The notes beneath the pieces were generated by a model. The model saw only the letters and a list, made by a program, of their open reading frames with translations. It did not search any database and was not told where the DNA came from. Source: Eledone cirrhosa (lineage: Eukaryota). From it: a stretch of 64,000 bases of DNA. The position numbers and the translations under genes were made by a program. The number at the start of each line of letters is the position of its first letter. The first letter of the stretch is position 1. The stretch lies in contig OZ024743.1 of the NCBI GenBank assembly GCA_964016885.1, positions 231,012,001 to 231,076,000 of the forward strand. The letters run 5' to 3'. Of this stretch, positions 27,787-39,378 are shown piece after piece.

Positions 27787-30032
27787 CTGTACACGTAGAT
27801 CCTAAAATAATTAATTTATCTAAAAGAGATCTTGACAATGATGAAATGCAAATTCTGTCAAAAGGACTGAAATTCACACCGACTCCAACAGTCAACCACC
27901 AAGAACTGAAGGAGGATACCCAAGAATTCTGTCGAAAATTACGTCTTGTAGAATTCTTCGCTGATAAAAATAATGAGAGTGATGAATCACTAGTAAAGAA
28001 TAAATCAAATTTCACTCCGCCAAAAGGAAGAAATATCTATCTCGACCAATACATTGACATCCTGTCTAAATTTCCTCTTAGACATAATACTAATGTTAGG
28101 CCAAACATTAACAAATCAGAAATGTCTGCACTTAAACGTATACAAAATGATAAAACAATAATAATTAAACAAGCAGATAAAGGGGGTGCAGTTGTTATAA
28201 TGGATACTGAATACTACAAGGATTTGGTTGAGGAACAACTGAAAGACACAACATTCTATCATGAAATACCGTCAAATATAGACCACAACATCATGAAGAA
28301 GATCAACAACCTGGCTTCAAAATACCACAACTCATTTACTGATAAGGAAAGAGACTACATCACCAATTTTGAGCCGAAACCCAGCAACCTGTATGGCCTA
28401 CCGAAAGTTCACAAGTCAAAAGAAATACAACTGGCAGTAAGAGAACAAAACAGTGAGTACATTAAATTATTACACCCAAAAGACTTAAAACTTAGACCTA
28501 TTATAGCTGGTCCAACATGCCCCACTCACCGTCTAAGCAATTTTGTTGACATTATTTTGAAACCACTATGTATTCACATACCCAGTTTCATCCGGGATGA
28601 TATCGACTTCCTGTCCCATCTTCCCAAAACCACGGAAACGAATTCACTTCTACTCAGTTTTGATGTGGTAAGCCTTTACACCAACATTACACATGATTTA
28701 GGAATAAAGGCGGTTAAATACTGGGTGGAAAAACATAGAGAAGTGATTCCCATTAGATTCACAGCGCCATTTATATTAGACGCAGTTAAACTTATTCTGG
28801 AAAACAACACTTTCTTCTTCAATGGAAAGAATTACATCCAAATTAGAGGCACAGCGATGGGAACGAAGTTTGCTCCCGTTTACGCGAACTCTGTAATGGG
28901 ATACTTAGAACAACAACTCTACCAAGAAATGGAGGAAAAATATAGTACTGACTTTAGAAAGTACATTGAAAAATCTTGGAAGAGATACCTTGACGACTGT
29001 TTCATCATCTGGACAGAATCTCTAGATACTCTGGATGAGTTCAATACCCTCCTGAATAACCTACACCCATCTCTCCAATTCACAAAAGAGATGAGTAGGA
29101 CCAAATTACCATTCCTAGATATAATGATAATCAAAAACGACACCACCATTACCACGGATATATATTATAAACACACAGACACCCATCAATATCTGAATTT
29201 TAAGTCGTGCCATCCACCTCATACAAAACGCAACATCCCATACTGCCTAGCCAGAAGAATTTGTACCATTGTAGAAGATACGAATACCAGGTACAAACGC
29301 CTAACAGAACTAAGAGAATTTTTGCTCAAACAAAAATACCCATCTCTACTTATAGAAAATGGCATACAGCGGGCTATAAAAATACCTATACAACAACTTA
29401 GAACAACCCAAAGAAGAAGAAACCAAGAACTGGTCATACCATTTATAATGACACACAACCCATGTCACCAGAATATCTTCAACACTGCCAAAGCAAACCT
29501 ACCGATCATTGCTCAAAGTAATGAATTAAAAGGCTTAATCACAGATCGATCTTTGACTCTTAGTAAAAGACAGCCAAAAAATTTGAAGCAATTGCTAACA
29601 AAAGCAAAGTTTGACCTTAACAACAAAGACCAATCATTCACTGTATCTAAATGCAATGATAATCGATGCGGCACATGTCAATCCATACACGCCGGTCAAT
29701 ATATGAAAACAAAAACTGGAAAAATATTCACAAATGCAAATATGAACTGCAAAAGCAGAAATCTAATTTACTGCATTAAATGCCCGAATTGTGAAGAACT
29801 ATATGTCGGTCAAACTGGAAATGCACTATCGGAACGTGCACGGGTACACCGTCAACAAATCAGAGACCCAAATGTCCGTCAGATACCCCTAAGCGGCCAC
29901 CTGGCAACATGTGGTCAGGGAATATTTATAATATTCCCATTCTACAAATTACACAGCCCAAATGAAATCAAGAGAAAAATCAAAGAAAAGAATTTTATTG
30001 ATAAATTCAAACCCAAGCTAAATGAACAATAA
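27705..30032 (+). CDS. PLE ORF2: reverse transcriptase + Cys-rich linker + GIY-YIG endonuclease (first ATG 27846; frame open from 27705)
   Basis: INLS..L...E..LSKGLKFTPTP, KQADKGG, LYGLPKVHK, RPII, FDVVSLYTNI, QIRGTAMGT, RYLDD, LPFLD, CNDNRCGTC, LIYCIKCPNC..LYVGQT, PKLN. Confidence 0.95.
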   Translation, partial: TEKNSFFNVRTTKTGKRKTPGGNIPKIAVHVDPKIINLSKRDLDNDEMQILSKGLKFTPTPTVNHQELKEDTQEFCRKLRLVEFFADKNNESDESLVKNKSNFTPPKGRNIYLDQYIDILSKFPLRHNTNVRPNINKSEMSALKRIQNDKTIIIKQADKGGAVVIMDTEYYKDLVEEQLKDTTFYHEIPSNIDHNIMKKINNLASKYHNSFTDKERDYITNFEPKPSNLYGLPKVHKSKEIQLAVREQNSEYIKLLHPKDLKLRPIIAGPTCPTHRLSNFVDIILKPLCIHIPSFIRDDIDFLSHLPKTTETNSLLLSFDVVSLYTNITHDLGIKAVKYWVEKHREVIPIRFTAPFILDAVKLILENNTFFFNGKNYIQIRGTAMGTKFAPVYANSVMGYLEQQLYQEMEEKYSTDFRKYIEKSWKRYLDDCFIIWTESLDTLDEFNTLLNNLHPSLQFTKEMSRTKLPFLDIMIIKNDTTITTDIYYKHTDTHQYLNFKSCHPPHTKRNIPYCLARRICTIVEDTNTRYKRLTELREFLLKQKYPSLLIENGIQRAIKIPIQQLRTTQRRRNQELVIPFIMTHNPCHQNIFNTAKANLPIIAQSNELKGLITDRSLTLSKRQPKNLKQLLTKAKFDLNNKDQSFTVSKCNDNRCGTCQSIHAGQYMKTKTGKIFTNANMNCKSRNLIYCIKCPNCEELYVGQTGNALSERARVHRQQIRDPNVRQIPLSGHLATCGQGIFIIFPFYKLHSPNEIKRKIKEKNFIDKFKPKLNEQ

Positions 30033-30199
30033 TAACGCCTAGGGGTATTACTTCTACTACCACTATGACCACGACCACTAACAACAACAACAACAACAAC
30101 AATAATAATAATAATAAAAGTGATGTTGATGGTGATGATTAATAGAAAATGCTATTTTCATCATTTCAAAAAAGCAAAACAATTGATACGTTGGATATG

Positions 30200-30350
30200 A
30201 CTATTGGTCGTTAGCATGCTCAACCAGCCGTGACGCTTAAACCAATCAGCTGTAGTAATTCAGTGAAACTACACACTGATTGGTCGAAATACAGTTTACA
30301 GGGCTTTGCATTCTGGAGCCACTTTTCTCTGTATAAAATGTATAAAAGGT
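30200..30350 (+). promoter_or_regulatory. Putative pLTR promoter: CCAAT boxes, GAGCCACTTTT motif, tandem TATA
   Basis: attgg ~30204, aaccaatcag ~30240, gattgg ~30278, GAGCCACTTTT 30316, TATAAAA at 30332 and 30342. Confidence 0.55.
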
Positions 30351-30410
30351 AGGAAATTTACCCATCTCATTACAGTTGAAAATTGCAAACTCGACTGTCA
30401 CCACATATCA

Positions 30411-30449
30411 TGAACCTGAAGATTGCGAAAGCATGAAAGTACTTGTTCA
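30411..30449 (+). ncRNA. Minimal hammerhead ribozyme in the PLE pLTR
   Basis: tgaac CTGAAGA t-tgc-gaaa-gca-t GAA AGTACT T gttca. 5-bp stem I, GNRA-capped stem II, palindromic stem III as in PLE minimal hammerheads. Confidence 0.8.
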
Positions 30450-30595
30450 ATTAACACTTAGAATTTAATATTCTATCATACTATTTCATTATAATACCAT
30501 TATATATATTTTAAAGGATTGTAAATAAAACGAGTAAATCAGACAAAGTTGGAATTCCTCTTATTAATATATATATATATATATATATATTTAAG

Positions 30596-30690
30596 CCCTG
30601 ATGATTTCCTTCGAATAAAATATTTCTAGTCATGAAGAAGCCATTTCTATATTAAATACTTATACGCTGCTATGTATTGAGTACCTTAGT
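30596..30690 (+). repeat. Decayed copy of the 8.2-kb hammerhead cassette
   Basis: ctgatgatttccttcgaataaaatatttctagtcatgaagaa...ctatattaaa..ttatacgctgctatgtattgagtacctt aligns to the reverse complement of 8160-8250. Core GAAA and UH are mutated. Confidence 0.7.
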
Positions 30691-30711
30691 TACTGTGGTT
30701 ACTCTCAATTG

Positions 30712-30793
<82 letters not shown>

Positions 30794-30815
30794 CCACACG
30801 AACGCACATACATAC

Positions 30816-30856
<41 letters not shown>

Positions 30857-31447
30857 TATACAAATATTCATACATATCCGCATACATACATGCATACATG
30901 GGTTTGTATATATTTACAGCGCAATTTATCTTATATATTTATCTACATGCACCATATTTTCATAAACCACGTATAATTGTTGTCTTCTCAAACTTCACTT
31001 TCTACATATCTCTTTTTGCAGATCCCGCTATTTGAATAGAATTTCCATTACTCTTAGATATACAATAGGGTGTATTATATATTCATTCCTAAACTGTAGG
31101 AATATTTAACCACGATTATAAGCCTGATGTATTGTCCTTAAATCCTTTTGATTCTATGAAACTGCAATTCCCCCAACCTGTAGTATTAACCTTTGCAATT
31201 TTATTAGTTTACATAAGATAGAGAATTGTGTGAATAGAAGGAGAAATGTGGGCGAAATGAAGAGAAATAGGGAGAGAATGGAAGGAAGAGACATTCGATT
31301 TAAGTACTTAACTAGTATTTCCTTTATCGACTCAGGAAGAATGAAGTGTAAAGTTTAATTAGGTGGGATTTGAACCGAGAGAGCAAATAAGCCGGATGCA
31401 ATACCGGAAAACATTCTCTTCGTCGCCCTCACAAGAACCCCAATTAC

Positions 31448-31528
<81 letters not shown>

Positions 31529-31585
31529 TCTCTCACTCTCTCTCTCTCTGTCTCTCTCGCTCTATGTTCATATATATATATACAG

Positions 31586-31619
<34 letters not shown>

Positions 31620-31790
31620 GCGCATATATATTTATACATGTTTGTTGAGACATACATACATCTATATGTAACCCCATATATATGTATATATATATCCAAC
31701 AACACACCCAGGAGCTGGACATATCGATGTATTGACAGAGTGAAACACACTTCAACAACATGTGTACCTGTCTTTCCCACACCAATTCGG

Positions 31791-31845
31791 ACTGCCTGAA
31801 GAGGTCACAGCCAATAATAGCTGTCACCGAAATATATATGCCAGT
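31791..31845 (+). ncRNA. Hammerhead-like motif, probably impaired at the cleavage site
   Basis: actgc CTGAAGA ggt-c-acagc..gctgt-c-acc GAA ATATATAT G ccagt. Strong stem II, but G at position 17 or mis-registered stem I. Confidence 0.6.
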
Positions 31846-31901
31846 AAATTTATAATTCATATTAAACGAAACCAAATTCTACATAAATGACTTTCTTATT
31901 T

Positions 31902-31983
<82 letters not shown>

Positions 31984-32075
31984 ATATAAGTAAGTCAATT
32001 ATGTAAAATTGATTGCCAAGACTGGAATTGAACCTTCAGCACAGTTGAGGTTTGTCATACATCAATTTATATATG

Positions 32076-32133
32076 TTATCTGATGAGGACGTACTGAGGA
32101 AACAGCACAGTACCTCTGAAATATATATAATAA
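32076..32133 (+). ncRNA. Minimal hammerhead ribozyme
   Basis: ttat CTGATGA gga-c-gtactg..cagtac-c-tct GAA ATATATAT A ataa. Confidence 0.65.
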
Positions 32134-32274
32134 AATATTTGATTACATGAATGTCTATATTTATTAATATTTTGAAATAATATTAATAATTCCAGAAACC
32201 TAACCGTTGAGTGCTTCTAATCTACTGTAAAACTATATTCTTTGATTAATCAATGAACCTTGTTTAACTTTTGG

Positions 32275-32348
<74 letters not shown>

Positions 32349-32699
32349 TGTGCTCAAACCAGTGTCGATTTTCTGTAAACATTCCAGTGAACAATTCCCT
32401 TATATACATTCCTTTAAAAAATTTCCTTTTAGTATATGCTCTCCTCTACCAAGAAGATCCAAATTTAATATCTACTAAATCTCACCACACTTGCTTTTTC
32501 TGTCCACGGTGGTCCTCTTACATCCGAACTATCTAGATGCATAAATATTTATTGGAATAACATACAGACCCCCACACAGACACACAGACAAACATACACA
32601 CACTCAAACACACAAACACAAACATACACAAACATTCATACACAAACAACAATCAATTAAGAAGCATATATTTAAGTTCAATGTCAAAACATATGCCCA

Positions 32700-33320
32700 G
32701 GAAGAGGGGCCAAACATTGCTGTCAGCATTTATTTCTGGTGACGTGGCCAGCCTCTATATTGTATGGTGGGACAGAAGACTTAAGAAACGCATAGAAGTT
32801 ATCTCTATAGCCTTGAATATATACGCTCGTTACGTAGACGACGTCAATCTAGATGAAAACCCTGCAATGAAACCCAGTAACAAATAACTAATTCCAACCA
32901 ACAGTGTATTGAATTACCGTAGATTACCCAACCAAAGACCCAATCATAGACTACCTGTTCTAGATACAGAACTCTGGTTAGAAGCTATTGATAACAAAAC
33001 GCAAATCCTCCGTTCTAAATCCATGACTTACCTGATCCATTGGAAGTCAGCTATTACAGATAATGTAAAATACTGATTACAGAATTAGTAAGACTGATGA
33101 AGAATGCGTCCCGCACTTGTGATACTAAATAATTATCGAGACATACAACACTTCATCCACCAGAATAGAACATGAGGACTTATTTGAGAACATGGGAATA
33201 AAAATGATATCTAGACACCGAACAGGTGCAAGGCTCCGACATATTACAGAAGTAACAAATATAAATAAACATCGACAAACTATAAATAGAATGCTTGAAG
33301 GAAATAATGATTTCTCGTAT
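32700..33320 (+). pseudogene. Decayed PLE reverse transcriptase fragment (different family from the 26-kb element)
   Basis: ISGDVASLYIVWWD...IYARYVDDVNL, followed by RLPVLDTELW and ELVRLMKN-like thumb remnants in other frames. Confidence 0.75.
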
Positions 33321-33321
33321 A

Positions 33322-33430
33322 GGGACAAGGCCAGTAATTTGGGGGAGGGGAAAGTCGACTAAATCGTTCCAGTGCGTGACTGGTACTTCATTTTATCGAC
33401 CACGTAAGGATGAAAGGAAGAGTTAAGCTT
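33322..33430 (-). mobile_element. tRNA-SINE 3' fragment
   Basis: acaaggccag...actggtacttcattttatcgac...ggatgaaagg. Confidence 0.7.
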
Positions 33431-33595
33431 GAATGAGATAATAAAACCACACCAGAACATAGTAACTAAAGACAAAATAAAGACACACATGAACAAAACT
33501 AATAAGATACAAAGAGAGACCCACCCCTGCCACACAAGCACACACATAGAATACTAAAAATCAGTATAGCTAAGTAGTAATAAGTAGGGAAGATT

Positions 33596-33681
<86 letters not shown>

Positions 33682-34069
33682 CATACGCACACATACACAC
33701 ACACACACATGCAAATATGGAAGGCAGACGAGATATAAATAAACGCATACACAGTTAAATGCATGTGCATTGCAGGTTCATAAAGTCAATAAGTCGTAAA
33801 ACAAAATGTAAGGGTCAAATTAACAAAAGGCGTCACAGAAGAGGTCAGAGAATATGTGAGGAAACAAATAAACAACAATCCGGATATTACAGTAACCGAC
33901 GGAATAATTATTTACTGGACAAATAATAATAAATTAAAGTGAAACCATTGGTGTGTGTTTTTGTTGGCAACCTGACCCTCCAAAATTATAACAAACACAT
34001 TAACACAAAGAAAAGCACACACACACATATATATGTATATATATATATACATATATATCATATATATAT

Positions 34070-34100
<31 letters not shown>

Positions 34101-34473
34101 CTTTTATATATATAAATATATATAATGAGTTGACGGACCCAGCAGATTTATCAATGCCAGGACCGGTTGTATCTCAGCGTACTCCATGGGCATTGTAAGA
34201 TACATTCCCAGAGTACACACATAGTTATTCGCTTCAACACAACACACGTAAAACGGGTGCCCATAATAGTTCCCGGACTCGAGTTTCCCACACACTTAAT
34301 GCAGCAGTAGGGTGAACTGTACCCTCTGTCTGCATATATTATGCAACAATACATAATCAGCGTATGTTGCTTCATGAGCGGTATCGCATAATCAACAACC
34401 AATCGATCGAAATAATCCAAACCCAACTTCATGCCGGCTATGAGTATATATATATATATATATAAATATAAAT

Positions 34474-34952
34474 AGGGCAGGTAAAATTCCCAAGATCCAC
34501 GGACGAGTTCTCTCCAGCGGTCTCTGTCACTCATTATCGCTGCCATGTCCTCCATCTCCAACAGACCACTGTCTGTCCTTAGACATCAACATATGTTAGT
34601 CCCCGTCTTCCTCTTCCAGTGTGTCCATGCAGGGGCTCCCACAGGAGCACTGAGTGCAGTGTCAACTCTGGATGTCGGTGAGCATGTCCAGCTAAACTCA
34701 ATCTCTTCTGTTCACTTTTGGGAGGCTCCTGTATAGCTCTGAGTTTTTCGTCCTCAGTGTATATTGATTAATGTTCAGAACCTTGCTCAGCATTCTTGTG
34801 TAACCCACATCCACCATCTGAGTGAGTTCCTTGGTCACTGTCCAAGTCTCAGACCCGTACCGCAGCACATACTCCACTACAGCAACGAAGAGGCGGATCT
34901 TCAGGTCTTTACGAAGATCCGGCTTCCACAACAATCTCAAGGATTTCGAGTC
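34474..34952 (-). mobile_element. RTE-group LINE 3' fragment between (TA)n tracts
   Basis: LWKPDLRKDLKIRLFVAVVEYVLRYGSETWT..GYTRML..DRDRWRELV. Same family as 44213-44689. Confidence 0.85.
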
Positions 34953-34955
34953 ATG

Positions 34956-35031
<76 letters not shown>

Positions 35032-35309
35032 CTGCCTGGGCAAGTTGGCAGGTTGCCCAATGGAAAGTGAGACCGAGGAGGCCCACGGTACCATTGCAAG
35101 ACCCCACAGTAGCATTGCAGGGCCTACTGGAATCCAAGAGTAAGAATAAATAAAACAATTAACCAAAGCAATTCACTGGGGAATTGATAGAAACCAAAAT
35201 ATATGATAGCGCCAATAGCTGGAATCTGTGGTTGTATATTCTACTAAATCTAAATCTTGGTGTATTCCATCATGCATGCAAACATACATATATAGACACA
35301 AACACACAA

Positions 35310-35368
<59 letters not shown>

Positions 35369-35534
35369 AATACTTTGGGAGGGTCATGTTGCCAATAAGA
35401 AACACAAGTACCAGTTGCTTTCACTCCATTGTATTTTAAATTAAAAACTTTTCTTAAAAATTCTTTTTTTCGAAAACATTTATAAATTTCCGATTGGTTG
35501 GTTTGTTCCACAACTGGACGTTTGTTCATATATT

Positions 35535-35577
35535 GTCAAAGTTCTTTCGTCACACATTATGTGACCTATTCATTGAC
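35535..35577 (-). ncRNA. Minimal hammerhead with A3-U8 core variant
   Basis: Minus strand: gtca ATGAATA g-gtcaca-taatg-tgtgac GAA AGAACT T tgac. Perfect 4-bp stem I and 6-bp stem II. Confidence 0.65.
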
Positions 35578-35760
35578 TGGGGATTCTTTTCTTTGTTTTG
35601 TGTCTCTCCTTTGTTCTGTCCTACACCATCTTGTTTTTGTGTGTGTTGTGAGCTTAGTTTGCGCATGTGTTACATCCGGCTGTCTGTGTGTGTTTTCAGA
35701 TAAAGAATCTTGCTAAACAAATTCAGAAACGAAATATATATATATATATATATATATATA

Positions 35761-35950
35761 ATTGTTTCTACTATTGGCACAAGGCCAGCAATTAACCAGC
35801 ACATTACTGGTACTTTATTTTTATCGACCCCGTAAGGATGGGAGGCAAAGTTAACCTCGGCTGGATTTGAAATCAGAATTGCAAGGGCCGTAACTCTATG
35901 CGTCAAATCATGGCCTCCGACCCTCTACCGATACTGCCAATTCACCGCCC
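35761..35950 (-). mobile_element. tRNA-derived SINE, near full length
   Basis: Minus strand: gggcggtgaattggcagtatcggtagagggtcgg (A-box region)...atttcaaatccagccgaggttaactttgcc. Confidence 0.85.
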
Positions 35951-36669
35951 TTTATATATATATATTGGTAAACGGAATATAAAATGCTGACAAATTGTTC
36001 ACAGTGAAAAATAGTTTAGTTAGGAATAAGTGAGAATTAGTATTAAGTTTTGGTTTTAAGTTTTACCGGTTGCGCTTTTTTAATGCTTTTCAAAAATAAT
36101 TTTGAGATAGAGCGTCCGTGATGTTTGCTCTGATCTGATTAGTTTTGGGAATTCTACCAGTTTTTATGTTAACAAAGTGTCTCCAGCGGTATTAAAATAA
36201 GTTTTGCGCCAATTCGTGTTGCAAAAATTCTTGTGGTCAAAGCAATTTTGATTGGTCGGTAGAGGTCATGTGAATATAAAAAATTGATTTTGCGCCAAAT
36301 GTAGGTTTGTGTCGGCTGACTGAGAGATAAGTCTTTCACAACAAATATGTGTGTGTGTGTGTGTGTGTGTAGTAGTAGTAAAGAGGTTCGTTGTTGTGAT
36401 AATGGTCAGCAGGGATGTGTGTGCGAACCGCAGACTGTTGACAGTTAAATTGTCTATTAAGACAAGTGTGTGTAGCAGAGTAATTCGTGGTAGAGGGATG
36501 GTCAGTAGGAATGTGTCTGTAAGTGTGTGGGGGATATTTTAACATGTTAAAAGATATTTTTTCAGCTCTTGTCTTATACGGAGAAGTGTGTGTGTATGTG
36601 TGTGTGTATGTCTCTTTGTATGTTAATGTACGCGTGTGTATGTGTGTGTGTATATATATATGTGTGTGG

Positions 36670-37352
36670 AATCCAACGCGCCCTAAAACTCAGTACCCAG
36701 GACCTTAGACACCTTAAAGTAAATCAACCAAAACTAAAAGCTCTTCAATACATCTCCACACACAACACCCTCAACAATGAGGCCTTTGACACCATCCTCC
36801 AGAACATCCCTGTGTTGAAAGAGGACCATAGAATGAACCAAATCCTACGAACACACGATATCATAAAGAGCAAAAGACAATCTAAGTCAATGAAAAACAT
36901 CCTAACACATGCCAAAGTACTGCCAACCACAACAACTAAACCCACATAAAAAAATGCGATAGACCCAACTGTGGCATTTGCATCAACCTAATAGAGGGTT
37001 CGGAATTATATTTCCAAGAAGGACAACGTTTTATAGTAAAACACAATTTGAAATGCTCATCAGAAAATCTAATATATGTATTAACTTGCTCAGGTTGTCG
37101 AAAACAATACATAGGCCAGACCAAAGTCACCCTCCGCCAACGCATGACTGTCCATAGATCCCAAATTAAAATACGGGAATACAGGAAAATACCACTGAGT
37201 GAACACATTGATACATGTGCCGCCCAAAATCATCCCAACTTCAGTATCTTTCCCCTCTACAAATTTAAAGATAATGCCACCCACACCCAGCGCATCAGCA
37301 ATGAATCTCACTTTATTAACACATACTGACCCCGACTAAACACTTCTCTCTA
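36670..37352 (+). pseudogene. PLE C-terminus (linker + GIY-YIG), frameshifted
   Basis: KSKRQSKSMKNILTHAK, KCDRPNCGIC, LIYVLTCSGCRKQYIGQT..RMTVHRSQI..IPLSEHIDTC. Collinear with the end of ORF2 at 29.5-30.0 kb. Confidence 0.9.
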
Positions 37353-38594
37353 AGACGAACCCACAACATACGCACGTCAACATACATACCTACATCAGCA
37401 TACATCTCTACCCACATATAAACACAATGACATACGTAAACACACATGTTCTATGGTGCAACACAAATATACACAAATTTGCATACCTTTTGATGTCTAT
37501 AGATATAAACGTGCCGACACACACACATACATAAACGCACACATGCATTGAACACTGATGGGCACATACATATTTGTGCAAAGGTATACCAATACGGCAA
37601 GGCCTAATGAATTCCCCTTGCAGTACGTACAATCTGGACACACTCCAGATACATATTTGTGCACAGGTATACCATTTCTGGACACACTCCAGATACATGT
37701 GTACATTTTGTGCACAGGTATACAATTTGTGCACGGGTATACAATTTCTGGACACACTCCAGATACATATTTGTGCACAGGTATTCCAATACGACAAGGC
37801 CTAATGAACCCCTTGCAGTACGTACAATCTAGACACACTCACACACACTTTGGTATTATGCCAATACTATATATCATTTCACACCTTTTATTATTAAGGT
37901 TTTTGATGTTCTATTGAGAGAATCGATTTTATTGAAAATATCGAATAATGTACACCATTTTACCAGAAATTATCACTGATCCACCCACACACATTCTCTC
38001 TCTCACACACACAAACATATATATATATACACACATATACACACGCGTACATTAACATACAAAGAGACATACACACACACACACACACACACTTCTCCGT
38101 ATAAGACAAGAGCTGAAAAAATATCTTTTAACATGTTAAAATATCCCCCACACACTTACAGACCCATTCTTACTGACCATCCCTCTACCACGAAGTACCC
38201 TGCTACACACACACACACACACACACACACTTGTCTTAATAGGCATTTGAACTGTCAACAGTCTGCGGTTCGCACACACATCCCTGCTGACCATTATCAC
38301 AACAACGAACCTCTTTACTACTACTACTACACACACACACACATATTTGTTGTGAAAGACTTATCTCTCAGTCAGCCGACACAAACCTATATTTGGCGCA
38401 AAATCAATTTTTTACATTCACATGACCTCTACCGACCAATGAAAATTGTTTTGACCACAAGAATTTTTGCAACACGAATTGGCGCAAAACTTATTTTAAT
38501 ACCGCTGGAGCCACTTTTTTAACATAAAAACAGGTAGAATTCCCAAAACTAATCAGATCAGAGCAAACATCACGGACGCTCTATCTCAAAATTA

Positions 38595-38630
38595 TTTTTG
38601 AAAAGCATTAGAAATGCGCAACCGGTAAAA
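38595..38630 (+). ncRNA. Hammerhead-like motif, U3-A8 variant with GCAA (mirror copy ~36061-36096 on minus)
   Basis: ttt TTGAAAA gcat-tagaa-atgc GCA ACCGGT A aaa. Matches the 62.7-kb motif. A13C may inactivate it. Confidence 0.5.
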
Positions 38631-38775
38631 CTTAAAACCAAAACTTAATAGTAACCAATACCATTACTAATTCTCACTTATTCCTAATTAAACAATTTTT
38701 CACTGTGAACAATTTGTCACCATTTTCTATTCCGTTTACCAATATATAATAACTTGTGTATTACACCTCTATTCT

Positions 38776-38865
<90 letters not shown>

Positions 38866-38869
<4 letters not shown>

Positions 38870-39220
38870 GAAAATAAAAGTTACGGGCGAAAGAGGGTGA
38901 TATCCATCGTCAGTTTTCTGCCAGGAATCATAGGTATTTATTTGCGTTAGAAACAAGATACCTGAGCCAAGTTATTGGGATAAACAAGGGGGTGGCAAAG
39001 AGTGACAAAAATATGTCTAAACAGACACGAAAAGTGAAGCAAAGTAAAGAGAGGAAAAATATAAAGTCATCAATTATTTTCGAACATAAGACCTGGCAAG
39101 TTTGACGAGAGAACAGAGACGCGTATCTTGTCTCTAAGGCGAAGAAATACCTATGATTCCGAGCAGACAATTGACGATGGATATTACCCTCTTTCACCCG
39201 TAACTATTATTTCCATTATA
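38866..39220. repeat. ~350-bp fold-back element with ~95-bp imperfect inverted arms, next to (TA)n
   Basis: 38866-38961 is the reverse complement of ~39123-39220. Confidence 0.8.
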
Positions 39221-39252
39221 CTTAAATGCAACCACACAGCCCGTCATTTTAT

Positions 39253-39285
<33 letters not shown>

Positions 39286-39293
39286 CACGCACA

Positions 39294-39378
<85 letters not shown>

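Larger units (their letters stand above)
26170..30571 (+). mobile_element. Penelope-like element (Neptune-type), apparently intact, with inverted 5' repeat and 3' pseudo-LTR, inserted in (TA)n
   Basis: RT plus GIY-YIG ORF. Palindrome 26170-26292 / 26304-26427. 26304-26366 is repeated directly at 30509-30571. Hammerhead in the 3' region. Confidence 0.95.
35960..38750 (+). mobile_element. 5'-truncated Neptune-type PLE flanked by ~700-bp inverted pLTRs (35960-36665 / ~37985-38750)
   Basis: Arms are reverse complements. The interior has a frameshifted GIY-YIG region plus short tandem repeats at 37560-37850. Confidence 0.9.

Noticed and set aside
26430-29458. Antisense ORFs over the PLE (26430-26969, 27584-28015 and others)
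   Set aside because: Shadow ORFs of the coding strand with no independent motifs.
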